A DNA stretch of 64,000 nucleotides, taken from NCBI GenBank assembly GCA_029855935.1, contig JAGSHN010000016.1, positions 169,527-233,526 of the forward strand, given 5' to 3'. The position numbers were made by a program, and so were the translations under genes. The notes under the pieces were generated by a model. That model did not search any database. It was given only the letters and a program-made list of their open reading frames with translations, and had not been told where the DNA came from. Below are positions 10,269 through 20,079 of this stretch, piece by piece. Every line of letters begins with the position of its first letter. The stretch's first letter is position 1. Source of the stretch: Candidatus Thorarchaeota archaeon. Its GTDB lineage: Archaea > Asgardarchaeota > Thorarchaeia > Thorarchaeales > Thorarchaeaceae.

Positions 10269-12341
10269 TCACGACTCGTCCTCTCGTCCAGACCCTGCTC
10301 TCATCTCCTGCTCGCGCCTGAGGCCTGCGTATGCGATGATGGAGAGGCCCAGCAGCGCAGGCACCGTCACCGCACTGACGGGATACAGGGGTCCCACATA
10401 GGTGGTGTACAGGTAGTCGACGAGGTACTCAGACCGAACGCATCTCTGTGGGTAGACGATTATCTCAAGCCTGTGAATGACACCGTGAGACGGAGCGGAT
10501 GAGTTGCTGACGAAAGCGTACCTCCAGACAACGTAGGACAGGTTCGTGAACATCGCGCTTCGAGAGATGATGTCGCCACCAATCGGGGAGCCGTCATCTG
10601 ACGTCCCGGAGTATCTCAGGATGATGTGCGCGAGGGCGCCAAAGGTCGGGTCCCAGGCTGCGCCAATCCTTGCCACGAACTCCGTCGTGCTGTCAATCTC
10701 TATCTCTACGGGTCGAGAGTAGATGATGCTGACATTGGCGAGCAGGGAGGGATCTGTCACCCTGCTCGTGTCGAACTCAAGATGCGCTATCCCGTCAGTG
10801 GAACTGATCGATGCATCGACCGTGGAGGGCGGTAGCGAACTGGCGTTGACCATGACCGACCACTCGTCAATAGAGTCGAGGTCGTCGCCCCAGGTCCTCT
10901 GTTCCTGATAACCGAGAGCGCCGAAGTCCGTGTGGGTGTACGCCGGATAGAGCATCAGCAGACAGATTACGACTGTGAGACCGAGCGTCCTCTTCCTCAC
11001 GAGCAGGAAGAGCGGAAGCGACCACATCAGATACCAGCCGAGAAAGACATCACGAGACATAGAGAACAGCAGCAGCACCGTGGCCGACATCATCAACAGT
11101 AGCGTCACCTGGTCGACACGGACATGCTCTCTGTGTATGATTCGCCTCAGTGAGGAGCGCATCATCAGGCTGGCGACGATGACCGTCACCACCCCGCGTA
11201 CGAGGCCCACATCAGCGGGATGACGCCACCAGACGGTGGCCGCGACGGAGGTCAGAGGATGTATGCTGGAGATCAGACCCATCGTGACCAGTACCCCACC
11301 GAGGAACAGCGTCGTCCAGTCGAACCTTGAGCCGTGAAGACGTCCCGAGGGCCGTAGCAGCGAGTCTGCAACGACTATGATCCCAAAGACCCATCCCAGT
11401 GCGATGAGCAGCGTCACGGGAGTGATGTGTGCCAGCAGGTCGGAGAGGAGGCGAGAGAGTAGAGAGGGTTGGGCCATGCTGGATGCGGCTCCTGTGGCGG
11501 CCGAGCCAGTGTCTGTTGAGGGTAGGAGCATCAGTGGCAGATAGGCGGCGACAGCAGCCGCAAGGGCTGTGGCAGCGAACTTCAGTCTGGCTCGATTCTC
11601 GGCAAGGTAGAATAGCATCATAGGGGCGATGAGAGCAGGGTAGACCTTCGTGGCAGCGCCAAGCCCGATGAGGAGTCCGGCCCTCACTGGCCGCTGCTTG
11701 AGGAGGTACCACACGGCGAGAAGCATCAGCAGGTTGACCAGCGGCTCGAAGTGTCCACTCCAGCCCGACTCGATGATAGAGATCGGAAGGAGCGCATAGG
11801 CCACCACCGCAATGGATGCCCATCTGCGGTCGAATCGCTGCGATGCGATGGCCCAGAGCAGGACAGCAACTCCTGCATCACAGGCGATGGCGAGGAGGCG
11901 GAGGCTATCGACAGCGGGTGCGACCCCATATATCGCGAAGATGACGTAGGCGAACAGAGGTGGATATGGAAAGTAGAAGCCAGAGTAGGGGGTCAGTCCT
12001 CTGCTCATGAAGACCCCGTAGTCGAGATACCACTTTGCATCATTGGAGATCATATTGGTCTGTCCGAGGAAGACGAGCCTGACGGCTACGAGCAGCACGA
12101 GGACCAGACCGAGAGAGCGATGGTCGTGCAAGAGCGGCCTCTGGGTGATCCGGTCCCACCAGAGAAGCAGGGTCAGAAGTGCCACATAGGCGGCGGTCCA
12201 CACATAGTACGCGGCGAAGAACGGGTACATGATGTAGCCAACCATCCGGACGATGGGGACAAAGACGATGTTGGCCACCAGTGCTAAGACGAGGAGGAGA
12301 CGACACACCGACTCGCAGTCCCTGTCGAACAGTCGTATCAT
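10269..12341 (-). CDS. GT-C fold polyprenyl-phosphate-sugar-dependent glycosyltransferase (GT87/DUF2029, PimE/PIG-M-like) with extracellular C-terminal domain
   Basis: SNDxxWY loop, FPYPPLF, GLGAATKVYPAL, WYLMW motifs; many TM segments. Confidence 0.75.
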   Translation of the reverse strand: MIRLFDRDCESVCRLLLVLALVANIVFVPIVRMVGYIMYPFFAAYYVWTAAYVALLTLLLWWDRITQRPLLHDHRSLGLVLVLLVAVRLVFLGQTNMISNDAKWYLDYGVFMSRGLTPYSGFYFPYPPLFAYVIFAIYGVAPAVDSLRLLAIACDAGVAVLLWAIASQRFDRRWASIAVVAYALLPISIIESGWSGHFEPLVNLLMLLAVWYLLKQRPVRAGLLIGLGAATKVYPALIAPMMLFYLAENRARLKFAATALAAAVAAYLPLMLLPSTDTGSAATGAASSMAQPSLLSRLLSDLLAHITPVTLLIALGWVFGIIVVADSLLRPSGRLHGSRFDWTTLFLGGVLVTMGLISSIHPLTSVAATVWWRHPADVGLVRGVVTVIVASLMMRSSLRRIIHREHVRVDQVTLLLMMSATVLLLFSMSRDVFLGWYLMWSLPLFLLVRKRTLGLTVVICLLMLYPAYTHTDFGALGYQEQRTWGDDLDSIDEWSVMVNASSLPPSTVDASISSTDGIAHLEFDTSRVTDPSLLANVSIIYSRPVEIEIDSTTEFVARIGAAWDPTFGALAHIILRYSGTSDDGSPIGGDIISRSAMFTNLSYVVWRYAFVSNSSAPSHGVIHRLEIIVYPQRCVRSEYLVDYLYTTYVGPLYPVSAVTVPALLGLSIIAYAGLRREQEMRAGSGREDES

Positions 12342-12355
12342 CAGGTATCCTCTCC

Positions 12356-13045
12356 TCAGCGACGCCGGCGGAACAGCAGCTTGACGACCAGAAGCAGAAA
12401 GCTGAAGATCGTTGTTCCGCCCAGCTTGCTCTCTCCATACCTCCTGTCTGTGAAGACTATCGGCACCTCGGCGACTCGCAGATGCCGGTTCTGGGCCACG
12501 ACCTCAAGGAGGAACTTGTAGTTGGCGTGCCTCACGTTGTCGAGCAGGAGTCGTGCCGACCTGAAGGCGACGAACCCGCTCATCGGATCTCGCAATGGCA
12601 CCTGTAACAGGAGTCTCGCCAACACTGTTGCAAACCTGCTCACGGCCAGTCTGCTACCGGGCCAGCCCCGTACTTCGCCACCGGGGACGTATCTCGACCC
12701 AACCACAACGTCGTATCCTCTGTCCAGAAGACTCAGCATCGCGGGGATGAACCTGGGGTCGTGAGACAGGTCGGCGTCCATCACGACCACTGCTCCATCC
12801 CTCACCTGCTCGGCCCCAAGCCTGACCGCGCTGCTCAGCCCACGCTGACCGTGTCGCACTATCAGCCTCGTGCCAGGGAACCTCTCAGCGAGCTGGCGTA
12901 CGACCCGTTGCGTCTTGTCAGTGCTGTCGTCATCGACAACGATCACCTGCACCCCGTCCGTGCCGAGGACTGAGTAGATTCTACGAATCAGGGGACCGAT
13001 GTTCTGCTCCTCGTTGAGCGTCGGGATAATGACTGAGCATCTCAT
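12356..13045 (-). CDS. Polyprenol (dolichol) monophosphomannose synthase, GT2 DPM1-like
   Basis: SVIIPTLNE, VVDDDSTDKT, MDADLSHDP, GSRYVPGG, DPMSGF, FTDRRYGESKL. Confidence 0.9.
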   Translation of the reverse strand: MRCSVIIPTLNEEQNIGPLIRRIYSVLGTDGVQVIVVDDDSTDKTQRVVRQLAERFPGTRLIVRHGQRGLSSAVRLGAEQVRDGAVVVMDADLSHDPRFIPAMLSLLDRGYDVVVGSRYVPGGEVRGWPGSRLAVSRFATVLARLLLQVPLRDPMSGFVAFRSARLLLDNVRHANYKFLLEVVAQNRHLRVAEVPIVFTDRRYGESKLGGTTIFSFLLLVVKLLFRRRR

Positions 13046-13134
13046 CCTACGGCACCGGACACAATTCTTCACATCATCTCACACGGTCTAATGAATCTGG
13101 CTGGTTGTGTGGCGCCTCCGTCAGGTCACAGGTG

Positions 13135-13998
13135 TCAGGCCTCACCCGCGCGTCTCAGGGCCTCCTCAGCAAGCCTCAGGCCCTTGCCATCATTGACTGG
13201 GAACCACGTCTCAGTAGGAATGCTGACCGCGAAGAGGCGTCCCTCTCGGGCGAGCACTGGAGCGACGACGTTCTCAAACGACGACTCGACCTCGAGGCTC
13301 ACCAGCCTTCTGAAATAGTCGTACGCCTGCGGGTCGAACACAGTTATGCCAGTGTGCGCGGGGACGGCAATCATAGGGTACTTCGTGACATCAACGACAC
13401 GCCCCCTGTCTATGACCAGTCCTGAGTACGGATAGGGGGTGCCGGGGACAACGACGAATGTCCCTATGCAGCCGTTCTTAAGTCCGCGAGCGTGGCCCTC
13501 AAGGAAGACCTCGCCGTACGGTCTATCAAGGCCGATGATTATATCGTCTGGGTTGTGGACGATGGAGGTCAGTCTGTCATCCAGTGTGCCGTTGTTCAGG
13601 GCATTGAGAATGGCACCTGCATTGCCCACCTTCCGTCCCTCTGGGTCACAGGAGTAGCGAATCTCCACGCCCCAGCGCGAGCCATCACCAAGATGCTCCT
13701 CCACTCTCTCCGCGAGGAACCCGGTGAGCACCACAAACTTGTCTATTCCAATCTCGGAGTACTGACGAACGACACGCTCAATCATGCTCTCCCCTCCCAC
13801 GGGGATCATCACCTTGTTGATGCCGAGATTCTGCGTCTCGGCCCGAATCCGCTCTCCCTTTCCCCCAGCTGGGAGCACCACAACGGTCTCGGCCTTCAGT
13901 CTCTCGACCTCTTCCGGCGAGACCTGAGTCTCAGTGTCCTCGGTATGGACTCGGGAACGTATCTCCTCCATTATGGACTCCAGCGTGTCGGTCATCAC
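13135..13998 (-). CDS. Sugar-1-phosphate nucleotidyltransferase (NDP-sugar synthase family)
   Basis: VLPAGGKGERI...K.MI, LGDGSRWGVEIRYS, GNAGAI. Confidence 0.85.
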   Translation of the reverse strand: MMTDTLESIMEEIRSRVHTEDTETQVSPEEVERLKAETVVVLPAGGKGERIRAETQNLGINKVMIPVGGESMIERVVRQYSEIGIDKFVVLTGFLAERVEEHLGDGSRWGVEIRYSCDPEGRKVGNAGAILNALNNGTLDDRLTSIVHNPDDIIIGLDRPYGEVFLEGHARGLKNGCIGTFVVVPGTPYPYSGLVIDRGRVVDVTKYPMIAVPAHTGITVFDPQAYDYFRRLVSLEVESSFENVVAPVLAREGRLFAVSIPTETWFPVNDGKGLRLAEEALRRAGEA

Positions 13999-14067
13999 TC
14001 CTCACACGTGCGAGGGACGGGACCACGCTCAAAAAGGTTCCTCAGAAGTCGTGACCCGAGGAGGATA

Positions 14068-14295
14068 TCATTCTCCTCCGGACACTCGGGCCATCTCCTC
14101 GAAGAGGGCGAGAGTCTTCTTCGCCTCCTCGGGATTCATGCTCTCGATGGCATAGCCAGTGTGGACGATGACGTACTCCCCGGTCTTCACATCAGGCACA
14201 AGACTGATGCAGACGCGCTTCTTGACCCCTCCAAAGTCCACCTCGGCATAGTCTCCATCAATGCTGACAACAAGACCAGGGACCGCTAGACACAT
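14068..14295 (-). CDS. hypC: [NiFe]-hydrogenase maturation chaperone HypC/HupF
   Basis: MCLAVPG N-terminus and GEYVIVHTGYAI. Confidence 0.95.
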   Translation of the reverse strand: MCLAVPGLVVSIDGDYAEVDFGGVKKRVCISLVPDVKTGEYVIVHTGYAIESMNPEEAKKTLALFEEMARVSGGE

Positions 14296-14361
14296 CGTCG
14301 TTCACCTGGAGCTACTCTCAGTCTGTTTTAGAATCTTGTGAATTGACCACGCCGCCCTCTC

Positions 14362-15471
14362 TCAGCTGACAGGTCGCCAGCAGATGCCCAGCTCGTCCGC
14401 TATCTCGAATGCTCTGCGCATCTCCTCGTTATTGACACGGCGCGCAATGTCTGAGTACGTGTCCGGCTCTCGGAGGACTCTGTGTTCGGGCCGGTACTGA
14501 CCCATTATGTTGACCATACACTGTGGCATGTTCTCTGCTATCCACTCAAGAATCGGAATCGTGCAGCAGTCCACGTGGTTTGGCATCACGAGGTGCCGGA
14601 CTATCACCTCGCCCGACTCGTACGCCATCAGGTGATTGCGTGAGACCACCTCGAAGTACCTCTTGATCCCTGAGAGTTTCAACGCGCACTCATCATTGCC
14701 GTACTTGAAGTCCGGGAGCCAGACGTCGAAAACGTCCCGCAGGAGTTGCATCGTCTCGACACTGCAGTACAGGTTCGAGTTCCACAGCTGGGTGATGTTC
14801 CGGTCCTGATGGACTAGCGAGGCAAGGATCGTGTGCGTGTTCGGTATAGGGTCGCCACCGACATAGTTGATGTTCAGTGCGCCATCGCGGGCCAGCGAGT
14901 CGGCGATCTGCGCCAGCTGCCTGGGCGTCACCACTCGTCCCGAGTAAGGGTTGGTCGAGATATCCTCGTTCTGACAGAAGACACAGCCGAAGCAGCAAGA
15001 TGAGAAGAAGATCGTGCCACTGGGGACGAGCGGTGCCTCCTCGCCCGTGTGGAGGAACGCCGATGAGACACGCGACTCCTGACCGAGCCTGCACCAGCCC
15101 TTCTCGTCGTTCGCACGGTTGGCTCCGCATCTCCGCTCGCAGAAGTGGCAGGACTGGAGGATTCGATTGGCGAGTTCGACCTTCAGGTCGAGAAAGGTGG
15201 CTCTCCCATCAACATCATCCCGCCTCCGCTCTCCGCCCTCATCCACAGACCTGACATAGTCCTGAAACTCGCTGGATAGGTTTCGATGGGCTGACCAGAG
15301 TTCCTCGGTGGAGGCGTCCAGCGAGGTGGGGCACGGGATTTCCTTTGCGAGCAGGTACCTTGCCCATCTCTCACCGTCGATGATTCCTCTGTATCTACTG
15401 AGCCTCCGGACTGTCTCCGCATCCTGCCATACCCGGAGTGCGTCCGGACGGAGGAATCGCCACATAGTCAT
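14362..15471 (-). CDS. Radical SAM protein, PflX (pyruvate-formate-lyase activating-like) family
   Basis: CHFCERRCGANR, HTGEEAPLVPSGTIFFSSCCFGCVFCQN (CxxxCxxC), DFKYGNDECA, RHLVMPNH. Confidence 0.88.
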   Translation of the reverse strand: MTMWRFLRPDALRVWQDAETVRRLSRYRGIIDGERWARYLLAKEIPCPTSLDASTEELWSAHRNLSSEFQDYVRSVDEGGERRRDDVDGRATFLDLKVELANRILQSCHFCERRCGANRANDEKGWCRLGQESRVSSAFLHTGEEAPLVPSGTIFFSSCCFGCVFCQNEDISTNPYSGRVVTPRQLAQIADSLARDGALNINYVGGDPIPNTHTILASLVHQDRNITQLWNSNLYCSVETMQLLRDVFDVWLPDFKYGNDECALKLSGIKRYFEVVSRNHLMAYESGEVIVRHLVMPNHVDCCTIPILEWIAENMPQCMVNIMGQYRPEHRVLREPDTYSDIARRVNNEEMRRAFEIADELGICWRPVS

Positions 15472-15577
15472 TAGTTTCGCCGGGAGTCATAAAAGGGATT
15501 TGCAGGAATTCATCAAGGGATAGGCCTGCGCAAGTGCAGCAGGCTGTTCCTACCTGTTCTCATAGGGGTCGACTACT

Positions 15578-16270
15578 GTGGTTTCCCAGCCTAGAGCGAG
15601 CGGCCTGAGTGACATAGAGCATATTGCGTTTGAATTCATACCAATCACACAGTACTTCTCAGACCTCCAGAGTGCGAGGGGTGCTGGGCGGCTGGATCAC
15701 GGCTTTCCCGATATGGACCCGCCTGTACCGTCGTTCGAAGAGCTGTATAAGCGCACAGTGGGGCTTGTACCCCAGTATCACCAGTATACAACGTACCTAC
15801 TTGTGACGGAGCCAGTTGGTCGTGAGAAGGAACCCATTGGAGTACTGGCAGTCCAGAGGACGTCGCACGATGAGATCACTAGGAAGCTGGTGGGTGTCGA
15901 GCCACCCTTCGAGGGGACTTGTCTCTACCTGAGCTGGATAGTCCTGCATAAATCTTGGCAGAGGTTGAGACTGTTCAAGCTGCTCTTCGTCTTCTACGAA
16001 ACTCTCCTCAAGCGGCTTCGGGCCAAGACCGGTCAGCCAGTATATGGCGCGGCAAAGGCTGTCAGGCGTCTACGATACCCCTTCTACCTAATCTCTGGTT
16101 CTGAGGATCGGTACGTTGAGTCCAATGACACCGAGTTCAGGTTTCGGGGTCGGCAGGTCGAGTTCTGGGGAATTCCCGGTGAGGTACTCAACCCAGAGAC
16201 CTATGCGGGGATTGACTGCTACTACATCAGAATTGTCACAGAGGAGGACAGGGGGTGTTCGAAGGGCTAA
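15578..16270 (+). CDS. Hypothetical protein, possible divergent GNAT fold
   Basis: 230-aa ORF filling the gap; PIGVLAV...LYLSWIVLHKSWQRLRLFKLLF resembles GNAT motif A. Confidence 0.55.
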   Translation: MVSQPRASGLSDIEHIAFEFIPITQYFSDLQSARGAGRLDHGFPDMDPPVPSFEELYKRTVGLVPQYHQYTTYLLVTEPVGREKEPIGVLAVQRTSHDEITRKLVGVEPPFEGTCLYLSWIVLHKSWQRLRLFKLLFVFYETLLKRLRAKTGQPVYGAAKAVRRLRYPFYLISGSEDRYVESNDTEFRFRGRQVEFWGIPGEVLNPETYAGIDCYYIRIVTEEDRGCSKG

Positions 16271-16327
16271 TAAGACTCCGCCCGCAAGATAGTATTGTGT
16301 GAGAAGTAAGTTTGAGGTGCAGGCTGA

Positions 16328-16471
16328 ATGGACCTGGGGAATCCTGTCAAAGTAGACGAGGAGGTCAAGAGAAGGATTCGGAGGAAACTGGAGGTCTGGG
16401 AGCGGGAGTTCAAGGAGAAACTCGAACAGTACAGAAGAGATGGCACCCTCGACGCGGAGGCACAGCTCTAG
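16328..16471 (+). CDS. Small charged helical protein (47 aa)
   Basis: Below the ORF-track cutoff; MDLGNPVKVDEEVKRRIRRKLEVWEREFKEKLEQYRRDGTLDAEAQL, preceded by GAGGTG. Confidence 0.55.
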   Translation: MDLGNPVKVDEEVKRRIRRKLEVWEREFKEKLEQYRRDGTLDAEAQL

Positions 16472-16577
16472 AGTCTATGATACCTGCAGGAATAGTCGAA
16501 GTTTCGTTGATTGTCTGACACAATGCTCCTCTGTGAGGCACTCACGTACCTGAGTGGGCCGCGGCCCGTCCCTACGC

Positions 16578-17525
16578 TCATATCATTCCACGGTTGCCTA
16601 CGACATCGAGGATTGCGGAGGCCAGTACTGAGGCACTCCTCTGCAGCCATAGTGGCGTGAGATTGGACTCGTGAGAGAGAAGCTCTTGGTCAGCAGCCAT
16701 CTCTGCCCTGACGGGCGGCTCGGTCAGAAATAGCGTCCCGTCCGGGATGGACGAGCGTGTGAAGTACCAGTCGCGGTACTGGGCCGCCATCTCACGGTTT
16801 CTCTCAACGTCATCAAACTCGTCCAGACTGCGCCAGTTGAGTGCTATCATTGCGTCGCTCTTGGGGATTGCCTCAGGCCACTCCTCAGACTCCACCACCT
16901 CGACCATATCTTGACCCGAGGCTCTCTCGGCCTCTCGCACGACTCGCCTCAGCGGCCCGAATCGCGGTGGAGCGACGACCGAGACCCGCGCCCCGAGGGC
17001 AGGCGCCAGCATCAGCAGGCTGTGGACAGTCCCGGGTGTGTCAAATCTGTCACCGAAGGCCCACGACACCGTGATCTTTGCATCGTTCAGCGACCCCAGT
17101 CTGTCACGGATGAGGGACAGATGCGTGAGGGCCGCTACGTCTGCATAGACTTCGTTTCGAATGACAACGCTGAGGCACGAGAGATGCTCTGCCACAGCGT
17201 TTGTTACAGTCACGCCCCCTCCGAGGGTTTCGGTGTCAACAAAGCCCACAAGCATTGCGTCTGCGGCGTTGCTGCAGATAATGGCCTCTGTGATCAAGTC
17301 GTCGAGTGACGTACGGGTCGGCTCGTCCCAACCAAGATGCACGAGATGGGCATTGAGGCGTGCAGCTGCCAGCTCAGCAGCTCGGAGGTCCCACGATCTC
17401 AGCCCGTGAGCAAGAAGACCAATCACACGAGGGGTCGGTTCGTCGAGTGACAGACTGCCCTGCTCTATCAGTAGGGTCCTCCTCAGTATACCGCGTATCC
17501 GGTCGCTATCTCTGGCCAACTCCAT
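16578..17525 (-). CDS. Degenerate aspartate/ornithine carbamoyltransferase-family (YgeW-like) protein lacking catalytic motifs
   Basis: KITVSWAF, SLLMLAPALGARVSVVAPPRF and YRDW align with YgeW-type transcarbamylases; STRT, HPxQ and HC/PLP are absent. Confidence 0.65.
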   Translation of the reverse strand: MELARDSDRIRGILRRTLLIEQGSLSLDEPTPRVIGLLAHGLRSWDLRAAELAAARLNAHLVHLGWDEPTRTSLDDLITEAIICSNAADAMLVGFVDTETLGGGVTVTNAVAEHLSCLSVVIRNEVYADVAALTHLSLIRDRLGSLNDAKITVSWAFGDRFDTPGTVHSLLMLAPALGARVSVVAPPRFGPLRRVVREAERASGQDMVEVVESEEWPEAIPKSDAMIALNWRSLDEFDDVERNREMAAQYRDWYFTRSSIPDGTLFLTEPPVRAEMAADQELLSHESNLTPLWLQRSASVLASAILDVVGNRGMI

Positions 17526-17905
17526 TGTGGTTGCGGTGGACTGAGCACAGCTGGCCTTTAGACGTTCCGTAGGGCACGCTCTGTGGCGCATCCGTCGGAT
17601 GGTGGGTGTCATCGACGTCCGTGGCGTCCGCCACTGGTCAGTGGCCTCACCGAGCTGATTGACGCGCCCTTGGCGAGTAGTGACCTCTCCGATAACGAGT
17701 GGGCACTGGTTGACGAACCCGTCCGTGTCAGGCGCAGCGACATTCTCGCCAGCATAGTGGTGGAATCGCAGCATCGGGCACAGGTATGTTCCCACGGAGC
17801 GTCTATCCTGCTGATGGCCCTGGGACAGAATCTCTCGATGGTCGCATCGGCAATGAGCAGAAATATCAGGGGATTCCGAGCAAGGGCGGACCGAGGACTC
17901 TCAAG

Positions 17906-19294
17906 ATGCCTGTCTGCCCCATAGACTATGGTCGCTACGGTCACCGCGATATGGTGAGGCTGTTCGAGGAGGAATATCGGCACGCACTATGGCTGAGGAT
18001 CGAGGCCACTGTTGCGGAGGTGCAGGCCGAGCTCGGTATCATACCATCTGAGGCGGCTGAGGACATCATAGCGACTGCCAGACCAGAGGTGGTCACACTT
18101 GAGAGAACGATGGAGATCGAGGCACTGCGACGGCACGATGTGGCGGCGCTGTACGAGGCGATAGCCGAGGAGTGCCAGGGCCCGGGTCGACGGTGGGTCC
18201 ACTACGGCCTGACGAGCAATGATGTGAAGGACACAGCTCTCGCACTGCAACTGAGGGCTGCATTCGACGTACTCCTCCCACAGGTGGATGCGCTGTGTGA
18301 TACCCTGGCAAGACGCGCTGAGGAGACAGTCGACCTCGTTGCTGTGGGGCGTTCCCACGGTCAGCATGCTGTCCCCATCACGTACGGGATACGCTTTGCA
18401 GTCTGGCTGGATGAGTTGAGGCGTCACAGACTGCGGCTGCTCGAGGCGCGTCACAGGGCCGTTGTCGGAAAGGTCGCGGGTGCGACGGGCAGCCATGCTG
18501 CACTCGGTCCCGTGGGCCTTGAGATGCAGGACAGAGTGCTGACACGACTGGGTCTGGGAGTGCCCATCGCCACAACACAGATCGTTCAGAGGGACCGCCA
18601 CGCGGAGGCCGTCCTTACATTGGCGAACCTCGCTGCAACGCTCGATAAGATCGCCACAGACATCCGGAGCCTTCAGCGGACGGAGATTGGAGAGGTCGCG
18701 GAGCCATTCGCAAGGGGCGAGCAGGTGGGCTCATCGGCAATGCCGCACAAGCGCAACCCGGTGACGTGCGAGAAGATATGTGGCATCGCGAGGCTCATCC
18801 GCAGTCTGGCGACGCCGGCCCTCGAGAATGTCGTGAGCTGGGAGGAGCGTGACATATCCCACTCCTCGACAGAGCGTTTCGTCATCCCTCAGTCATTCAT
18901 CCTCACCGACTACATTGTGCGCGAGATGACACGGGTCATCGAGGGCCTGACGATATACACCGACCGGGTGGCGAAGAACCTTGAGATGACGAGGGGAATG
19001 ATCTTCAGCGAGTATGTGGTGACCGCCCTGACGCAGGCAGGTGTGGAGCGTCCCGTCGCGCACGAGATTCTGCGAGAGGTGACCGCAAGGGCCGAACAGG
19101 AGGGAGTGGGTCTCATCGATGCCGCAGCGTCGCATCCGCGTCTGAGGGACATCATCAAGCACCTTTCACTCGACACTGACAACTATTATGAGTCGATCCG
19201 TGCGGTGTCGCGCACGATAGTGGAGAACGCCATCACCGCGTACCGCGACGACATCTGGCGACAACACGACCGACGGGAGGACACAGGCGAATGA
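17906..19294 (+). CDS. purB: Adenylosuccinate lyase
   Basis: HDV, VHYGLTSND, GRSHGQHA and GSSAMPHKRNPV signatures. Confidence 0.95.
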   Translation: MPVCPIDYGRYGHRDMVRLFEEEYRHALWLRIEATVAEVQAELGIIPSEAAEDIIATARPEVVTLERTMEIEALRRHDVAALYEAIAEECQGPGRRWVHYGLTSNDVKDTALALQLRAAFDVLLPQVDALCDTLARRAEETVDLVAVGRSHGQHAVPITYGIRFAVWLDELRRHRLRLLEARHRAVVGKVAGATGSHAALGPVGLEMQDRVLTRLGLGVPIATTQIVQRDRHAEAVLTLANLAATLDKIATDIRSLQRTEIGEVAEPFARGEQVGSSAMPHKRNPVTCEKICGIARLIRSLATPALENVVSWEERDISHSSTERFVIPQSFILTDYIVREMTRVIEGLTIYTDRVAKNLEMTRGMIFSEYVVTALTQAGVERPVAHEILREVTARAEQEGVGLIDAAASHPRLRDIIKHLSLDTDNYYESIRAVSRTIVENAITAYRDDIWRQHDRREDTGE

Positions 19295-20079
19295 GGCTCC
19301 TTGTGACCCTGACAGCGGCAGAGGGCAAGCGACTGATCGCGAAGGGACTGCTGGGGCTTGAGGTCGTGCAGCACGCGCTCCGCGAGGGCTATCTGTGTGT
19401 CACCCTCGGGACCACTTCCTCGTACCTCGTGGAGGAGATTCTCGGTGAGTACGACAAGACCCGTCACATCGCCGGCCTCACAGTTCCCCGAGGCGTGTGG
19501 GTGACAAGACCGGAGGCACGAGCGTATGACGCAATCTTCCACAGAGGAGAGTACCTCGAGCGCAAGAAGGTGAGGGACGTTCTCGAAGAGCTCGGGCCGG
19601 ACGATGTGATTATCAAGAGCGCCAACGCCCTCGATGCCGATGGCGTACCGATAGTTCTTCTTGCGAGCGAGACGGGTGGGACCGTTGGCACGTTCCTCGG
19701 GGCTGTGGCTGCACGGGGTATCAATCTGCTCATGCCAGTGGGACTTGAGAAGTGCATCCCGGCAAGGTACGACGAGTTCAAGGACAGGGTGGGTATGCAG
19801 GCGTGGGACTACTACCTCGGTACACCAGTGGGCGCCATTGCCATTCCTGAGGGCCGGCCGTTCACAGAGGTTGACGCCCTCCGGACACTGTTCGATGTCG
19901 AGGCGACACCCATTGCAGCAGGCGGTATCAATGGCGCCGAGGGATCAGTGACGCTTCTCGTCGAGGGGGACGAGGGTAGCATTCGCAGAGCGTACGAGTT
20001 TCTGAGAGATGAGATCAAGGGCGAGCCGCCATTTCCCCACGTAGCGCATCTCGCCGAGGACACTGGAGGTAGAGAGTGA
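19291..20079 (+). CDS. Hypothetical protein
   Basis: 262-aa ORF coupled to purB by an ATGA overlap; globular alpha/beta composition; family not recognised. Confidence 0.75.
   Translation: MRLLVTLTAAEGKRLIAKGLLGLEVVQHALREGYLCVTLGTTSSYLVEEILGEYDKTRHIAGLTVPRGVWVTRPEARAYDAIFHRGEYLERKKVRDVLEELGPDDVIIKSANALDADGVPIVLLASETGGTVGTFLGAVAARGINLLMPVGLEKCIPARYDEFKDRVGMQAWDYYLGTPVGAIAIPEGRPFTEVDALRTLFDVEATPIAAGGINGAEGSVTLLVEGDEGSIRRAYEFLRDEIKGEPPFPHVAHLAEDTGGRE

Noticed and set aside
17526-17905. Riboswitch or N-terminal extensions between the carbamoyltransferase-like gene and purB
   Set aside because: No recognisable riboswitch consensus; the extensions are not protein-like and overlap each other
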